Notes under the pieces: generated by a model
What the model was told of the DNA's origin: nothing
Database searches by the model: none
Seen by the model: only the letters and a program-made list of their open reading frames with translations
Shown here: positions 49,252-59,513 of the stretch, piece by piece
How positions within the stretch are numbered: the stretch's first letter is position 1
Layout of the letters: the number at the start of each line of letters is the position of its first letter
Translations under genes and position numbers: made by a program
From: a candidate division FCPU426 bacterium
Lineage (GTDB): Bacteria; Oederibacteriota; Muellerivitia; Muellerivitales; Muellerivitaceae
Length of the DNA stretch: 64,000 nucleotides
Direction of reading: 5' to 3'
NCBI GenBank assembly: GCA_963719085.1
Contig: CAVRAL010000001.1
Span: 288,001 to 352,000 of the forward strand

Positions 49252-50130
49252 TTATTTCACCACGGAGCTTGGCGGATCCCCGTCGTCCTTTTTTCCGCCG
49301 CCGAAGAGCTTTTTGAAAAAGCCGCCGATGACCACGAAAATCACCGCGATGATTTTAAAACCCTTGGCCACCAGAAGCGCAATCAGGCCCCACAGTTTGC
49401 CGAGCAAACCGGTTTTCGCGGCCAAGGCGCCGGCCCCGCCCACCACCAGGGCGGCCAGGCCGATGTCCGCCACCTTATCGCCCGTGGTCCATTCGGCGTA
49501 TTTGTTTCCCTGGGTAAAGGTGAAATCGTTCAAGGTCTTTTCGAAGCCGGGAAGCACGGCCTCAAGGCTTCCATTGGGGTTGAGCACGACATTCATCACG
49601 CCCCGCCGCCCCAGAACGCGGGTGTTGTAGTTCACGAACTCATTACGGTCGTCCTTGATCTGGACGGCCCACTCCAACTTTTGGGTTTGGCTGTTGTACT
49701 TGGGTTTTTCGACCCATTGGACCAACTGCCATTGGGTCCATCCGTTTTCCTTGCGCTTATCGTTGGCTTTTTCATTGTTGGACTGCATGGTGCTCCACAT
49801 CTGGTCCGCGTCCAGCTTTTCGTCGGCCGCGTCCTTGATATAGCCGATGTCGTCGAAGCTGAAGAGCACCAGGTAGCCATGGCCTTTGTCCGGATTGTCC
49901 AAAACACCCAGCTCCGCGTCGGAATAAAGGTTGTGGGTCTTTTCCATGAATTCCTTCATATCATCCTTGCCGAAAAACACGCAGCCCGCGGGAATTTGGA
50001 TCTGGGCGATGTCGCCCAACTGTCCCACCGCGGGGCCCTTGATGGGATGAAGTTCGGCGCGGAGCGGAAGCGGCGCGAGGGCTAAAAACCAAAGGCAAGA
50101 TAAAACCGCGGATAAAAATTTAAAGCGCAT
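49252..50130 (-). CDS. DUF2167 membrane-anchored protein
   Basis: GYIKD, NYNTRVLGRRGV, GDKVADIGLAALV motifs. Confidence 0.88.
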   Translation of the reverse strand: MRFKFLSAVLSCLWFLALAPLPLRAELHPIKGPAVGQLGDIAQIQIPAGCVFFGKDDMKEFMEKTHNLYSDAELGVLDNPDKGHGYLVLFSFDDIGYIKDAADEKLDADQMWSTMQSNNEKANDKRKENGWTQWQLVQWVEKPKYNSQTQKLEWAVQIKDDRNEFVNYNTRVLGRRGVMNVVLNPNGSLEAVLPGFEKTLNDFTFTQGNKYAEWTTGDKVADIGLAALVVGGAGALAAKTGLLGKLWGLIALLVAKGFKIIAVIFVVIGGFFKKLFGGGKKDDGDPPSSVVK

Positions 50131-50209
50131 AGGTCCTCCGAAAATTAAGGTGCGAACGGGGGCTAGTATAAATGGAAAAAGACGTTTGGAAAACCGCGGC
50201 TTGCAGGGA

Positions 50210-52768
50210 TTACCGCAGGATCAGCAGTTTGCCGACCGCGTGGCCCTGGCGGGTGGTGACGAGGATGTAATAGACCCCATTGGCCAACGGCGCGCCTTTC
50301 GCGTCGGTGACCGGCAGGGGCAGGGTCACTAAGCCCGCGGGAATGTTGGGGTAGGATGCCTGGTTTATTTTTCGAAAGGCCGTGGTGAAGGTTTTCAGTT
50401 CCACCTCGGCGGCGGCGGTCTGCATTAAAAATTGGATGCTCACCGGGCCTGAACTGGTGGGTGGGTTAGGGAAAATCACCGGCGGGCCGATGGGCGGCCC
50501 GGCGATCAAGGTAGGGGTAATCGTTGGCGACAAGGTTTGCGTGGGGGTTTGGGTCGGCGTCGCGGTTGGGGTCGGGGTCGGCAGAGGCGTGTGGGTGCGC
50601 GTGGGAGTCGGCGTTGGGGTGATGGTCATGGTCTCCGTAAAGGTTGCCGTAGGGGTAATGGAGGGCGTTAAGGTCACTGTGCTGGTTTCCGTCGGCGTCT
50701 GAGTTTGAGTCGGGGTTTGTGTCACGGTCGGGGTTGGAGTGAGAGTGGGCGTGGCCGTGAGTGTGGCCGTCAAGGTAACGGTGGGCGTCAGCGTGATCGT
50801 CGGCGTAGGGGTAATCGTGGGAGTCAGGGTCACGGTGGCGGTAGGGGTAACGGAGGCGGTCCAGGTGGGGGTTCCGGTGATGGTCGGGGTCGAGGTAATG
50901 GTCGGCGATGAAGTCCAAGTCTTCGTCAAGGTCACGGTCGCCGTGGGAGTAACCGTGGCGGTCAGGGTGGGGGTCGGTGTTTGCGAGGGGGTGGAAGTTG
51001 GGGTCGGGGTTTTGGTCACGGTCGCCGTCGGGGTCACGGTCGGCGTGCGGGTGGGTGTCGGCGTGTATTGGGTCAGGGTGATCTCATATAAGGTGGCCGA
51101 ACGGAAGGGCAGGGTGTCGGAAAAGGTATTGGCGGTAAAGGTGGGCGCTGCCGCGGGCGTGTAGAGGTTATAGGTGGTGGAATCGAACCGAAAGACCCGC
51201 ATGGAGACAATTTGCTGTCCCGCGGTGAGGTTGCTCAGCGTGACGCTGGCTTGGTTGTTGTTGGTGTAATCCTTGTTTAAAAGAATCACGTTGAGGCGCC
51301 CGGGGTGGCTGGTGTCGGTGGCCGCGTAAGCGGAAGTCAGGGACACCGAGCTGGTATTGGCCAAGACCGCCGTGGTCCCGAATTTGGCGTTGGCGCCGTC
51401 ATAGTTCAAATACATCTTGTAGGCGGCTTTCACGTAAGTGTCACTGGTGCCGTCATCCCACCGGCAAGCATAGACCCCGTATTTCCCCAAAATGCCCAGC
51501 GCGTCGGCCTCCGCCACGCCGCCGGAGACGTCCTCGCCCGAACCGTATTGATATTCGGAAAAAGAAAGCTTGGTGCCCGGATAATACTGGCTGACCGCCG
51601 CTTGAAGCCGGGGAATCAGGGTGATGGGTTTGTTGCCGATCGAGGAAGTGATCCAACTGGTCTCAGTGTAGGTCGGGTCCCAAAGCGACCTCGGAGCTTC
51701 CATGCGGGCAATAGCGACACCCTGGGTAATATTATCGTTCGTAATGCGCACTTGGCTCACGCCGTTGCTTCCGGTAGCTTCCGGATACCAATGCAGGTCC
51801 AGGTAATGCAATAGGCGCCGACCCGCCGTGGTGGAGGCTGTCTTCATGCCGGCCAAGTAGTAGTTGAGATATTGGACGCTGTTTCCGTTGGTATAGGGCG
51901 TTAGCAGGCTGTCATCGGACGCGCCTTGGTTGTTCACGTACTCGGCCCAGCCATAGCAAACCGGGCCTAAGACCTGGGCGTTGGGATCCATGGAGGTGAT
52001 GACGGTGGAAAGGCTCACGCCTTTTCCTAAAACTTCCGCGCAGGTGGGCTGGGCGGGATGGATATAAGGATGGGTGCTGTTCCAAAGCGCCGGCTCGTTA
52101 TCCAAATCATAAAACTTAGCCCCGCCGGTTCCGGCCATCCCCACGGTGTTAAAAAGATAGTTGAGGGATTCATCCATATAAACATTGTTGTCGGTGGTCA
52201 CGGGCGCGGTGGTAAAAGCGGAGCCTTTCACATTGACGACTTGTTTCCAATAGACGCCGGCGGTGTCGGCGGCGCCGGTGATGGACACGCTGCAATCGCA
52301 ATTGCCGTTGGCGGACACATAACCGGCCATGGGCAGGGTGATGAGGGAGTCCGCGTTTCGGGCGTTGTTGTTTTCGATGAATTGGGTCATCACGGTGGCG
52401 GGCAGTTGGTTGGCGTTTTGGGGCGGCGCGGGGTTCATGACGGACAGCAGGTACCAATCCTCTTCGTTGATGTAATCAGTCCCGGCGTTGGAAGAATTGT
52501 TTTCCCAGTTATAGCCCGTCATGCGGTTCCCGCCTTGGCGGTAGTAGGGAATTTGGGTGACTCCGATATCCTGGTTGGTCCCGTAGCTATGGATGTCAAT
52601 GGCGCTGTTATTTTGGGTCGGATCAATGGTGAAATTAACCGTAACGGCCCAGGCGGAACCCGCCCCAGCCAAAAACGTTATGAGTGAAACGGTTAAAAAT
52701 TTTCTGGAGAAAATAGGAAAAATGAAACGCCGCCTTGGCTTTAGTGAAAGATTTGAAAAGTTTACCAC
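50210..52768 (-). CDS. GH44 endoglucanase/xyloglucanase with Thr/Pro linker and C-terminal sorting-like domain
   Basis: [33 protein letters not shown] motifs; about 180-aa TP repeat; C-terminal FPNP...NGVYY...KLLILR. Confidence 0.9.
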   Translation of the reverse strand: MVNFSNLSLKPRRRFIFPIFSRKFLTVSLITFLAGAGSAWAVTVNFTIDPTQNNSAIDIHSYGTNQDIGVTQIPYYRQGGNRMTGYNWENNSSNAGTDYINEEDWYLLSVMNPAPPQNANQLPATVMTQFIENNNARNADSLITLPMAGYVSANGNCDCSVSITGAADTAGVYWKQVVNVKGSAFTTAPVTTDNNVYMDESLNYLFNTVGMAGTGGAKFYDLDNEPALWNSTHPYIHPAQPTCAEVLGKGVSLSTVITSMDPNAQVLGPVCYGWAEYVNNQGASDDSLLTPYTNGNSVQYLNYYLAGMKTASTTAGRRLLHYLDLHWYPEATGSNGVSQVRITNDNITQGVAIARMEAPRSLWDPTYTETSWITSSIGNKPITLIPRLQAAVSQYYPGTKLSFSEYQYGSGEDVSGGVAEADALGILGKYGVYACRWDDGTSDTYVKAAYKMYLNYDGANAKFGTTAVLANTSSVSLTSAYAATDTSHPGRLNVILLNKDYTNNNQASVTLSNLTAGQQIVSMRVFRFDSTTYNLYTPAAAPTFTANTFSDTLPFRSATLYEITLTQYTPTPTRTPTVTPTATVTKTPTPTSTPSQTPTPTLTATVTPTATVTLTKTWTSSPTITSTPTITGTPTWTASVTPTATVTLTPTITPTPTITLTPTVTLTATLTATPTLTPTPTVTQTPTQTQTPTETSTVTLTPSITPTATFTETMTITPTPTPTRTHTPLPTPTPTATPTQTPTQTLSPTITPTLIAGPPIGPPVIFPNPPTSSGPVSIQFLMQTAAAEVELKTFTTAFRKINQASYPNIPAGLVTLPLPVTDAKGAPLANGVYYILVTTRQGHAVGKLLILR

Positions 52769-52814
52769 GGGAAAAGGGCTTCGGGCTCCCTGAAAATGTG
52801 TCTGTTTTTACCGC

Positions 52815-54923
52815 TTACAGCGGTTGATGGGTCGGTAGCGCTTTGAAAGGCGATCGGTCCTGGGTCAGGGCCGCTTGGTAGAAATCGTAAAGTTGTTTGT
52901 ACTCATCGCCCGGCAAAATCGTCCGTTTTTTCAGGCCCATATAACGCTCATAACTTAAGGTCCCGAATTGGATCTTCGAGTCGGCGATGAACTCCGCCAC
53001 GTTGTTGGAAATGGCCCCATCCTTGGGCAGGTCGCCGACTTTGTAACCCGGCGGCAACTTCACCACGACCCGGGTGACCGAGTTAAAGCTTTGGGGAACC
53101 ACGATAGGGGTTTTCCGGGTTTCACGCAAAGTCGCGAGGAAATCTTCCACGTCCTCAAAAATGACCGGGTAAAAGTTAAAGCCGCCCTTGGGCTGGAACT
53201 CGGCGTAGCCGGGAATGGTGAAGGAATATTTCACGTGCAGGGGCTGGGTGGTATCGCGGTAATCGCCGTAGGAATAATCCGTGAGGACGGCGCCCGGAAA
53301 ACGCTTGTTCAAACCCCTCAGGACCAAGTCCTTGCGTTTGTCATCCGTGGTGGCCCTAAAAAATTGGCGCAAGGCCAGGTCCGCCGACCCGAAGGCCTGC
53401 AAGTCCACGGTGCAGTTCAAGTCGCCGTTCGGGGAAAAGGTCATCAGGATGTCCCGTTCTTTGCGGTGGTCCTTGGCGCTGAAAGAAGGCGTGGATTGCC
53501 ATTGAAGCGGCGGCAAAACCGCCAGCGCGGAAAGCCCCAGCGCCTGCAGGGGCAAGGTGCCGGGGGCGGCCAGGGGCTCGGTGGGGTCCAGCCAGATAAA
53601 GTCCTTGCCCTGGGGAACGCCGATTAAGACCCCGTCCAACTGGGAAAGGGCCGGAAGGTCGCCGATCAACTCACCGCTGCCGGCTTGGCGGTAAAGAAAA
53701 AGCTGGGGATTAAGTTTAATGGCCTGGAGCGCGGCCATTAAAAGAAGCGCCATGTCGTGGGACGAGCCCTTGCCGCTGGCGATGATTTCCGCGAAGGGGC
53801 GGTCGGGATTCAAATAAACCGGAAGTCCCGTATCAACCCAGTCGACTTTTTCGTGGACGGTGTTTTTGAGTTTGGTGATCCGGTCGATCAGCGCGTCCGC
53901 CGTATTATCGCCGGCCTCGGCGACCAGCGCGTTGATGGCGGTCGGGTCCTGGGCCAGGGCGTTCTTGACCCTTTGGCGGTAGGGCAGGACAGCTTCTTCC
54001 CAGCTTTTATAAGTGGTGAAGGCGGTCAAGGGAGCCAAGTCTTGGATGGGCGGTTGGAAACTTTCGGAGGGGACCGGCGTGATGGAGGGGTTCATCGCCA
54101 AGTGGATGACGCGGTCTTTGGACCCGGTTTCGGAGATGGCCAGGTTCGCGGGCTGGCGCAGGCGGATGGCGTAAAGGGGCATTTGGGTGGATAGGCTCAG
54201 GGTCAATTCCCGGTTGAGGGAAGCGACATAATCATTCCACCGGAAAGCGAAACTGGGCTCGGCGGCCACCGGATGCTGTTTGGTGGGAGTTTTTAAAAGA
54301 TCGCTGGTGTGGTTGGTCAGGGTATAGGTCACGTCCAGGGCTTCGCCGGCTTGAAGGTCCGGCAGGCTATAAGACGCGATTTTGGAAAGCGCGGGCGGAA
54401 GGTTGGGTTGGGGCGGCTGGGACGTGATGGAAACGCCGGCCATGGATTCTTTCGTGAACCCACCGTCCGTTTCCAATTTGTATTTTTGGATTTGATTGAC
54501 GCTCAGGTCTTGGGATTCCAGGTTCAGGGTGGCCAGCGGGGGCAGGGGACGGTCGGGTTTGACCCGGGCGGCCCACATTTGATGGACGGTGACTTTCATA
54601 CTGCGGTCCAGGTTCCATTCCACCTGGGCCTCGTCCAACAGGTTCAACTGATTGGGAGCGTCGGGCTGGGCGAATTGGCTGGCGGCTTGGGAAAGGGATT
54701 GGGAGACCACGGGATCGTCCTGGGGGGTGATCTGGACCGGATTGGTGGCGCAACCGCTCAAGAAAAAAAGGAAAAACCCAAATCCACCGCAAAGACGCCA
54801 AGACGCCAAGGCAGGCAAGTCGCCGCCGAAATCTCGATTTTGATTTTTAAAAATTAGTTTGATATTCCGGAAAGAGGGGGGTTGCGACTTCCTTGGCGGT
54901 TTGGCGTCTTTGCGGTGAAACAT
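52815..54923 (-). CDS. DUF3857/transglutaminase-like/DUF3858-type lipoprotein
   Basis: LSGC lipobox; WLDPT; C-terminal LPPGYKVGDLP...EYKQLYDFY; ATG 2 nt after the rpe stop. Confidence 0.75.
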   Translation of the reverse strand: MFHRKDAKPPRKSQPPSFRNIKLIFKNQNRDFGGDLPALASWRLCGGFGFFLFFLSGCATNPVQITPQDDPVVSQSLSQAASQFAQPDAPNQLNLLDEAQVEWNLDRSMKVTVHQMWAARVKPDRPLPPLATLNLESQDLSVNQIQKYKLETDGGFTKESMAGVSITSQPPQPNLPPALSKIASYSLPDLQAGEALDVTYTLTNHTSDLLKTPTKQHPVAAEPSFAFRWNDYVASLNRELTLSLSTQMPLYAIRLRQPANLAISETGSKDRVIHLAMNPSITPVPSESFQPPIQDLAPLTAFTTYKSWEEAVLPYRQRVKNALAQDPTAINALVAEAGDNTADALIDRITKLKNTVHEKVDWVDTGLPVYLNPDRPFAEIIASGKGSSHDMALLLMAALQAIKLNPQLFLYRQAGSGELIGDLPALSQLDGVLIGVPQGKDFIWLDPTEPLAAPGTLPLQALGLSALAVLPPLQWQSTPSFSAKDHRKERDILMTFSPNGDLNCTVDLQAFGSADLALRQFFRATTDDKRKDLVLRGLNKRFPGAVLTDYSYGDYRDTTQPLHVKYSFTIPGYAEFQPKGGFNFYPVIFEDVEDFLATLRETRKTPIVVPQSFNSVTRVVVKLPPGYKVGDLPKDGAISNNVAEFIADSKIQFGTLSYERYMGLKKRTILPGDEYKQLYDFYQAALTQDRSPFKALPTHQPL
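54785..54917. repeat. REP-like palindrome R1 in the 5' coding region of the lipoprotein
   Basis: caccgcaaagacgccaagacgccaagg / ccttggcggtttggcgtctttgcggtg (25 of 27 complementary). Confidence 0.85.
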
Positions 54924-54925
54924 GT

Positions 54926-55588
54926 TTAATTTTTGCCGGCGTTCTTCAGGGCCCGCACGGCTTCTTTCATGTCCGGCGCTTTGAAGATGGCGGTCGCGGC
55001 CACCAGCAGGTTGGCGCCCGCTTCCACCACCGCGGGGGCGGTTTGGGGGTTCATGCCGCCGTCCACGGCGATGATGGGGGAAAGCCCCTCGGCGGAGCAC
55101 CATTTGGAAAATCCGGCGATGTTGGGAACCACATGGGGGATGAAGGATTGGCCTGAGAAGCCGGGCCAGACCGACATGAAAAGGACGTAATCCAAATCCT
55201 TGGCGAAGGGTTTGAGGACCTCGTGGGAAGTGTCGGGGTTTAAGACCATGCCGGGTTTACAGTTCAACTTTTTGATTTGGGTGATTATCGCGCCCGGGTC
55301 CAAAACCGCCTCGGCGTGGAAAAGGATATAGGTGGAACCGGCCCTGGCGAAGTCGGGGACGTATTTTTCCACGTTCTCAATCATCAAGTGGGTATCGAAG
55401 GGGACATTCACTTTGCCCTTGAGCCCGGCGATGACGGGCGCGCCAAAGCTGATATTGGGCACGAAATGCCCGTCCATCACGTCCATGTGCAGCATGTCCA
55501 CGCCGGCCGCGATGGCTTCCTCGGAATTTTTTAAAAGATGGGCGAAATCGGCCGAGAGGATGGAGGCGGAAACTTGTAGGGGCTTCAT
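54926..55588 (-). CDS. rpe: Ribulose-phosphate 3-epimerase
   Basis: SILSADF, HMDVMDGHFVPN, DTHLM, VDGG. Confidence 0.96.
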   Translation of the reverse strand: MKPLQVSASILSADFAHLLKNSEEAIAAGVDMLHMDVMDGHFVPNISFGAPVIAGLKGKVNVPFDTHLMIENVEKYVPDFARAGSTYILFHAEAVLDPGAIITQIKKLNCKPGMVLNPDTSHEVLKPFAKDLDYVLFMSVWPGFSGQSFIPHVVPNIAGFSKWCSAEGLSPIIAVDGGMNPQTAPAVVEAGANLLVAATAIFKAPDMKEAVRALKNAGKN

Positions 55589-55805
55589 GGGATTCCTTTA
55601 AAGCGGCAAAAGGTTGTTTTAAAAGCCGTTTTGGGGGCCGCCGGGGTCCTTGAAAACTTTGGACGGCCCCCCGGTTGATGCCGTTATACTATCAAAATCA
55701 GCTTCAATATCCTAGGCGCCGGGTTTTTGGGTTTGGTTGTGGTTTTTGCCCCGACCGCCGCGACTCTTATGTCACTGAACTTTTGAACTTATAAAGAAGC
55801 GCCCT

Positions 55806-58800
55806 ATGAAACCTAAAAAATCCGCCGCTTCCGTTCCCGCGCCTCCCTCCTTGGAGGCCTTTCTCCAGCCATTCCTCGAGAACAGCCCCATCATTTTTTG
55901 GTTCATGAACCCGGAAGGCATCGTCGAGTTTTCCTTTGGCCGGGGTTTGGAATCGCTGGGGGTGACGCCCCAGGAGCGGGTGGGAAAATCCGTTTTCGAT
56001 ATTTATCGGGACCATCCGAAGGTTTTGGAGTGCCTGCGCCGCGCGATCCAAGGGGAATCCTTCTCGGAGGTTGTTCCGGTCGGGGATATTTTTTTCGAGA
56101 CGAAATTCATCCCGCGGTTGGACGGCCAAGGCCGGTTGACCGGTTCCATCGGGATCGCCACCGATGTCACGAGCCGTAAAAAAAACGAGGAGTTGATGGA
56201 CCGAAGGGAACAGCATTACCGGTCCTTGATCGAGAACTCCCATGACGTCATTTATATCCTCGACGACAAGGGACACCGCACCTACGAAAGCCCCTCGGTG
56301 GAGAAGGTGCTGGGCTACAAGCCCGGCGAGCGCGCCGGCAGAAGCGTGTATGACTATATCCATTCCGAAGACCACTCGAACGTGCGCGAGATCTTCGACA
56401 AGCTGGCCCACGTGCCGGGCGTCACTTACCGGGTGGAACTGCGCGCCCGGCACAAGGCCGGCGGATGGCGGAATGTGGAGGTGGCCATCACCAATTTGTT
56501 GGAAGACCCGGCGGTGCGGGGCTGGGTCGTTAATTTTTGGGACATCACGGAGCTCAAACGCGCCGGCGAGATCGTGGAAAAGCAGGAGCAGTATTACCGC
56601 GCCTTGACCGAAAATACCCACGAACTGGTCGTGCTTTTGGACCGGGAAGCGGTCATCCGATTCGCCACGCCGTCGATCCAGAAAATTCTGGGCCACCCCC
56701 TCTCGGACCGGATCGGAAAAAACTTTTTGGAATGGGTCCATCCGGAGGATATTTACCGCACCAAGGAAGTTTTCACCCAAACCTATCTCTCGACGGGGCG
56801 GACCATGACGGTGGATTTCCGCGCCAGGCACCGGGACGGCTCCTGGCGTTTTTTGGAAGCGGCGGTCACCAACCTTTTCAACCACCCGGCGGTGGAAGGA
56901 ATGATTTTAAACGCGCGGGATGTCACCGAACGCAAAAAAACCGACGAGGCTTTGCGGGACCGGGAACGCTACTTCAGGGCCCTGACCGAAAACGCCTATG
57001 ACGTGGTTTATGTCATCGACCGGGACGGACGGCGGTTTTACGAAAGTCCTTCCACCGAGCGGGTGCTGGGATTTCGGCCCGGCGACCGGGATCCCGAAAG
57101 CACCTTTTCCTATCTTCATCCGGAGGACCAGGCGGCGGGGAAGGCGGCTTTCCAAAAATCCCTTCAAAATCCCGGGGTGCCGGTGGCGGCGGAACTGCGC
57201 ACCCGGCATAAGGACGGCCGGTGGATCCATATGGAAGTGGTGGCCACCAACCTGCTTGACGTGGCCGCGGTCCGGGGCGTGGTGGTCAATTGCCGTGAGA
57301 TCACCGAGCGCAAAAAAGCCGAGGAGGACCTGCGCCATTCGGAGGAGCGGTTCCGCAACCTGATTGAGAGCTCCCACGACGTGGTGAATCTTTTTGACGG
57401 GACCGGAAAAATTCAATATGTCAGCCCGTCGGTGAAAAGGGTTTTGGGTTATGAGACCGCCGAATTGATCGGCCAAACCAGCTGGGAATGGATCCATCCG
57501 GAGGACCTGGCCAAAGCGAGTCCGGTTTTTGAGCAGGTCATGCGGGCCCCGGGGCAGTCCCGGTCCATTGAAATCCGCTTGAGGCATAAGGATGGAACCC
57601 ACAAAAATATCGACCTCACCATGACCAACCTTTTGGACAATCCCGCGGTGCGGGGTATTGTGGCCAATTACCGCGACGTGACCGAGCGGGTCCGCACCGA
57701 GGAAAAATTCAGGAACTTGATCGAGAACTCCCGGGATGTGATCGCCGTGGTGGACATGCAAGGGCGCTCCTTTTATGTCAGCCCCTCGATCCGCAAGGTG
57801 ATGGGTTACGAGCCGGAGGATTGGATGGACCGCAATTTCCTGGAGCTCATCCATCCGGACGAGCGGGAAGCCGCCCGGCAGGGATTTGAACAGCTCATGA
57901 CCAGCCCCGGCGGCTCCATTTCGGCCCAAGTCCGGGCCCTGCATAAAAACGGCTCCTGGCGGCTGGTGGACGTGACCTGCACCAACCTTTTGCAGGACCC
58001 GACGGTGCAGGGGATTATTTTCAATTACCGGGACATCACTGAAAAGTATATGGCGGAAGAAGCGGTGAAGGTTTCCGAAGAAAGATTCCGGAACCTGATC
58101 GAGAATTCCAATGACGTGATCTCGCTCGTCAACGCCCAGGGGACGAACCTCTATATCAGCCCCTCCATCCGGAAGGTCATGGGCTATGATCCGGACGAAA
58201 GGATGGGCCGGAACTTTTTTGAGATCATCCACCCGGAGGACTTGGGATGGATTAAGAATGAATATGAGGATTTTTTGAGGCAGAAGAACAGCGTGCGCAC
58301 GATCCAGGCGCGGGCCCGGCACCGGGACGGGACCTGGCGCACCGTGGAAGTGACGGCCACCAATCTGCTCGACCACCCCTCCGTGGCCGGCGTTATTTTC
58401 AATTACCGGGACGTCACCGAGCGCCGCAAGGCCGAAGCGGCCTTGAAAAAGTCCGAGGAGAATTTTAGGTCGCTCATTGAGAAATCGCCCGACGCCATGA
58501 TCGTCCATACCGAGGAGAAGATTTATTACGTCAATGAGGCCTTATTGAAGCTTTTGGGTTATGACCTGCCCGACGATCTGGTGGGCAAGTCGCCCTTGAG
58601 CATGCTCCATCCGGACGACCATGAGAGGGTTTTGATACGGATCCGAAGGCTCAAACCCTTTGAGGGATTCAACCCGCCCCAAGAAAAAAGGTTTTTGCGC
58701 AAGGACGGGGGTTATATCGAGGTGGAAACGGTGAGCTTCTCCATTCTTTTTGAGGGGTCGCCCATGGTGGTGGCCATCGCCCGCGACTTGACCGACCGCA

Positions 58801-59513
58801 AGACCACCGAACAGGCCCTTCTGAAGTACGAGCGCTTGGGCGCCATCGGGGAAATGGCCGCCGGCATGGCCCATGAGATCCGCAATCCCTTATCCGGCGT
58901 CCAATTGTCGGCGGAATACCTGCTGAAAAAATTCGGTCAAACCCCCGAGGCGGCGGACCAGATTAAAAATATATTGGAACAGGCCGGGCGTTTGCGCCAG
59001 CTGGTGGACGATACTTTGGATTATTCCAAGGATAAGTCGGTGAAGGAATTTCAATTGATGGACGTGATGACCTTGTTCCGCACTTCCTTGCGGCTGGCCC
59101 AGGTGCAGTACGGGCCCAATCACAGCCGTTTTAAGGTCCAATGGAAATTGGATTGGAACCTTTATTTTTTGAGGGTGAACCCTTACCGTGTCCAGCAGGT
59201 GCTGGTGAACCTCATCCTCAACGCCTTCCAGGCCATGGGGTCGGAGGGCGTCTTGACCTTGGGATGCGAAAAAGTGGGGGCGATGTTCCGGCTCTCGGTG
59301 GCGGATGACGGGCCGGGAATGCAGGACAAGGAGCTGGCCCGGATGTTCGAGCCTTTTTTCACGACGAAGAGCAGCGGGTCGGGCCTGGGGTTGTCGGTCA
59401 GCCAAAAGATCGCCGAATCCCACGGGGGAAAAATAAGCGTGGAACGCCTCCAACCCCGGGGAACGGTTTTTATCCTGGAACTACCCGCCGCCGCGGGAAA
59501 TGAGAATTCATGA
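55806..59513 (+). CDS. Cytoplasmic histidine kinase with eight tandem PAS domains
   Basis: Eight (L/F)xENS.D-type PAS/PAC repeats; AHEIRNPL; PFFTTK; no TM helix. Confidence 0.93.
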   Translation: MKPKKSAASVPAPPSLEAFLQPFLENSPIIFWFMNPEGIVEFSFGRGLESLGVTPQERVGKSVFDIYRDHPKVLECLRRAIQGESFSEVVPVGDIFFETKFIPRLDGQGRLTGSIGIATDVTSRKKNEELMDRREQHYRSLIENSHDVIYILDDKGHRTYESPSVEKVLGYKPGERAGRSVYDYIHSEDHSNVREIFDKLAHVPGVTYRVELRARHKAGGWRNVEVAITNLLEDPAVRGWVVNFWDITELKRAGEIVEKQEQYYRALTENTHELVVLLDREAVIRFATPSIQKILGHPLSDRIGKNFLEWVHPEDIYRTKEVFTQTYLSTGRTMTVDFRARHRDGSWRFLEAAVTNLFNHPAVEGMILNARDVTERKKTDEALRDRERYFRALTENAYDVVYVIDRDGRRFYESPSTERVLGFRPGDRDPESTFSYLHPEDQAAGKAAFQKSLQNPGVPVAAELRTRHKDGRWIHMEVVATNLLDVAAVRGVVVNCREITERKKAEEDLRHSEERFRNLIESSHDVVNLFDGTGKIQYVSPSVKRVLGYETAELIGQTSWEWIHPEDLAKASPVFEQVMRAPGQSRSIEIRLRHKDGTHKNIDLTMTNLLDNPAVRGIVANYRDVTERVRTEEKFRNLIENSRDVIAVVDMQGRSFYVSPSIRKVMGYEPEDWMDRNFLELIHPDEREAARQGFEQLMTSPGGSISAQVRALHKNGSWRLVDVTCTNLLQDPTVQGIIFNYRDITEKYMAEEAVKVSEERFRNLIENSNDVISLVNAQGTNLYISPSIRKVMGYDPDERMGRNFFEIIHPEDLGWIKNEYEDFLRQKNSVRTIQARARHRDGTWRTVEVTATNLLDHPSVAGVIFNYRDVTERRKAEAALKKSEENFRSLIEKSPDAMIVHTEEKIYYVNEALLKLLGYDLPDDLVGKSPLSMLHPDDHERVLIRIRRLKPFEGFNPPQEKRFLRKDGGYIEVETVSFSILFEGSPMVVAIARDLTDRKTTEQALLKYERLGAIGEMAAGMAHEIRNPLSGVQLSAEYLLKKFGQTPEAADQIKNILEQAGRLRQLVDDTLDYSKDKSVKEFQLMDVMTLFRTSLRLAQVQYGPNHSRFKVQWKLDWNLYFLRVNPYRVQQVLVNLILNAFQAMGSEGVLTLGCEKVGAMFRLSVADDGPGMQDKELARMFEPFFTTKSSGSGLGLSVSQKIAESHGGKISVERLQPRGTVFILELPAAAGNENS

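Noticed and set aside
50515..51065. Tandem DNA repeat array and antisense Val/Gly ORF (50739-51164)
   Set aside because: Explained by the Thr/Pro linker codons of the GH44 gene
54924..55103. Extended N-terminus of the 762-aa ORF
   Set aside because: Overlaps rpe in another frame; the ATG at 54923 is the plausible start
56907..58508. 533-aa antisense ORF
   Set aside because: Shadow of the GC-rich PAS kinase; no motifs
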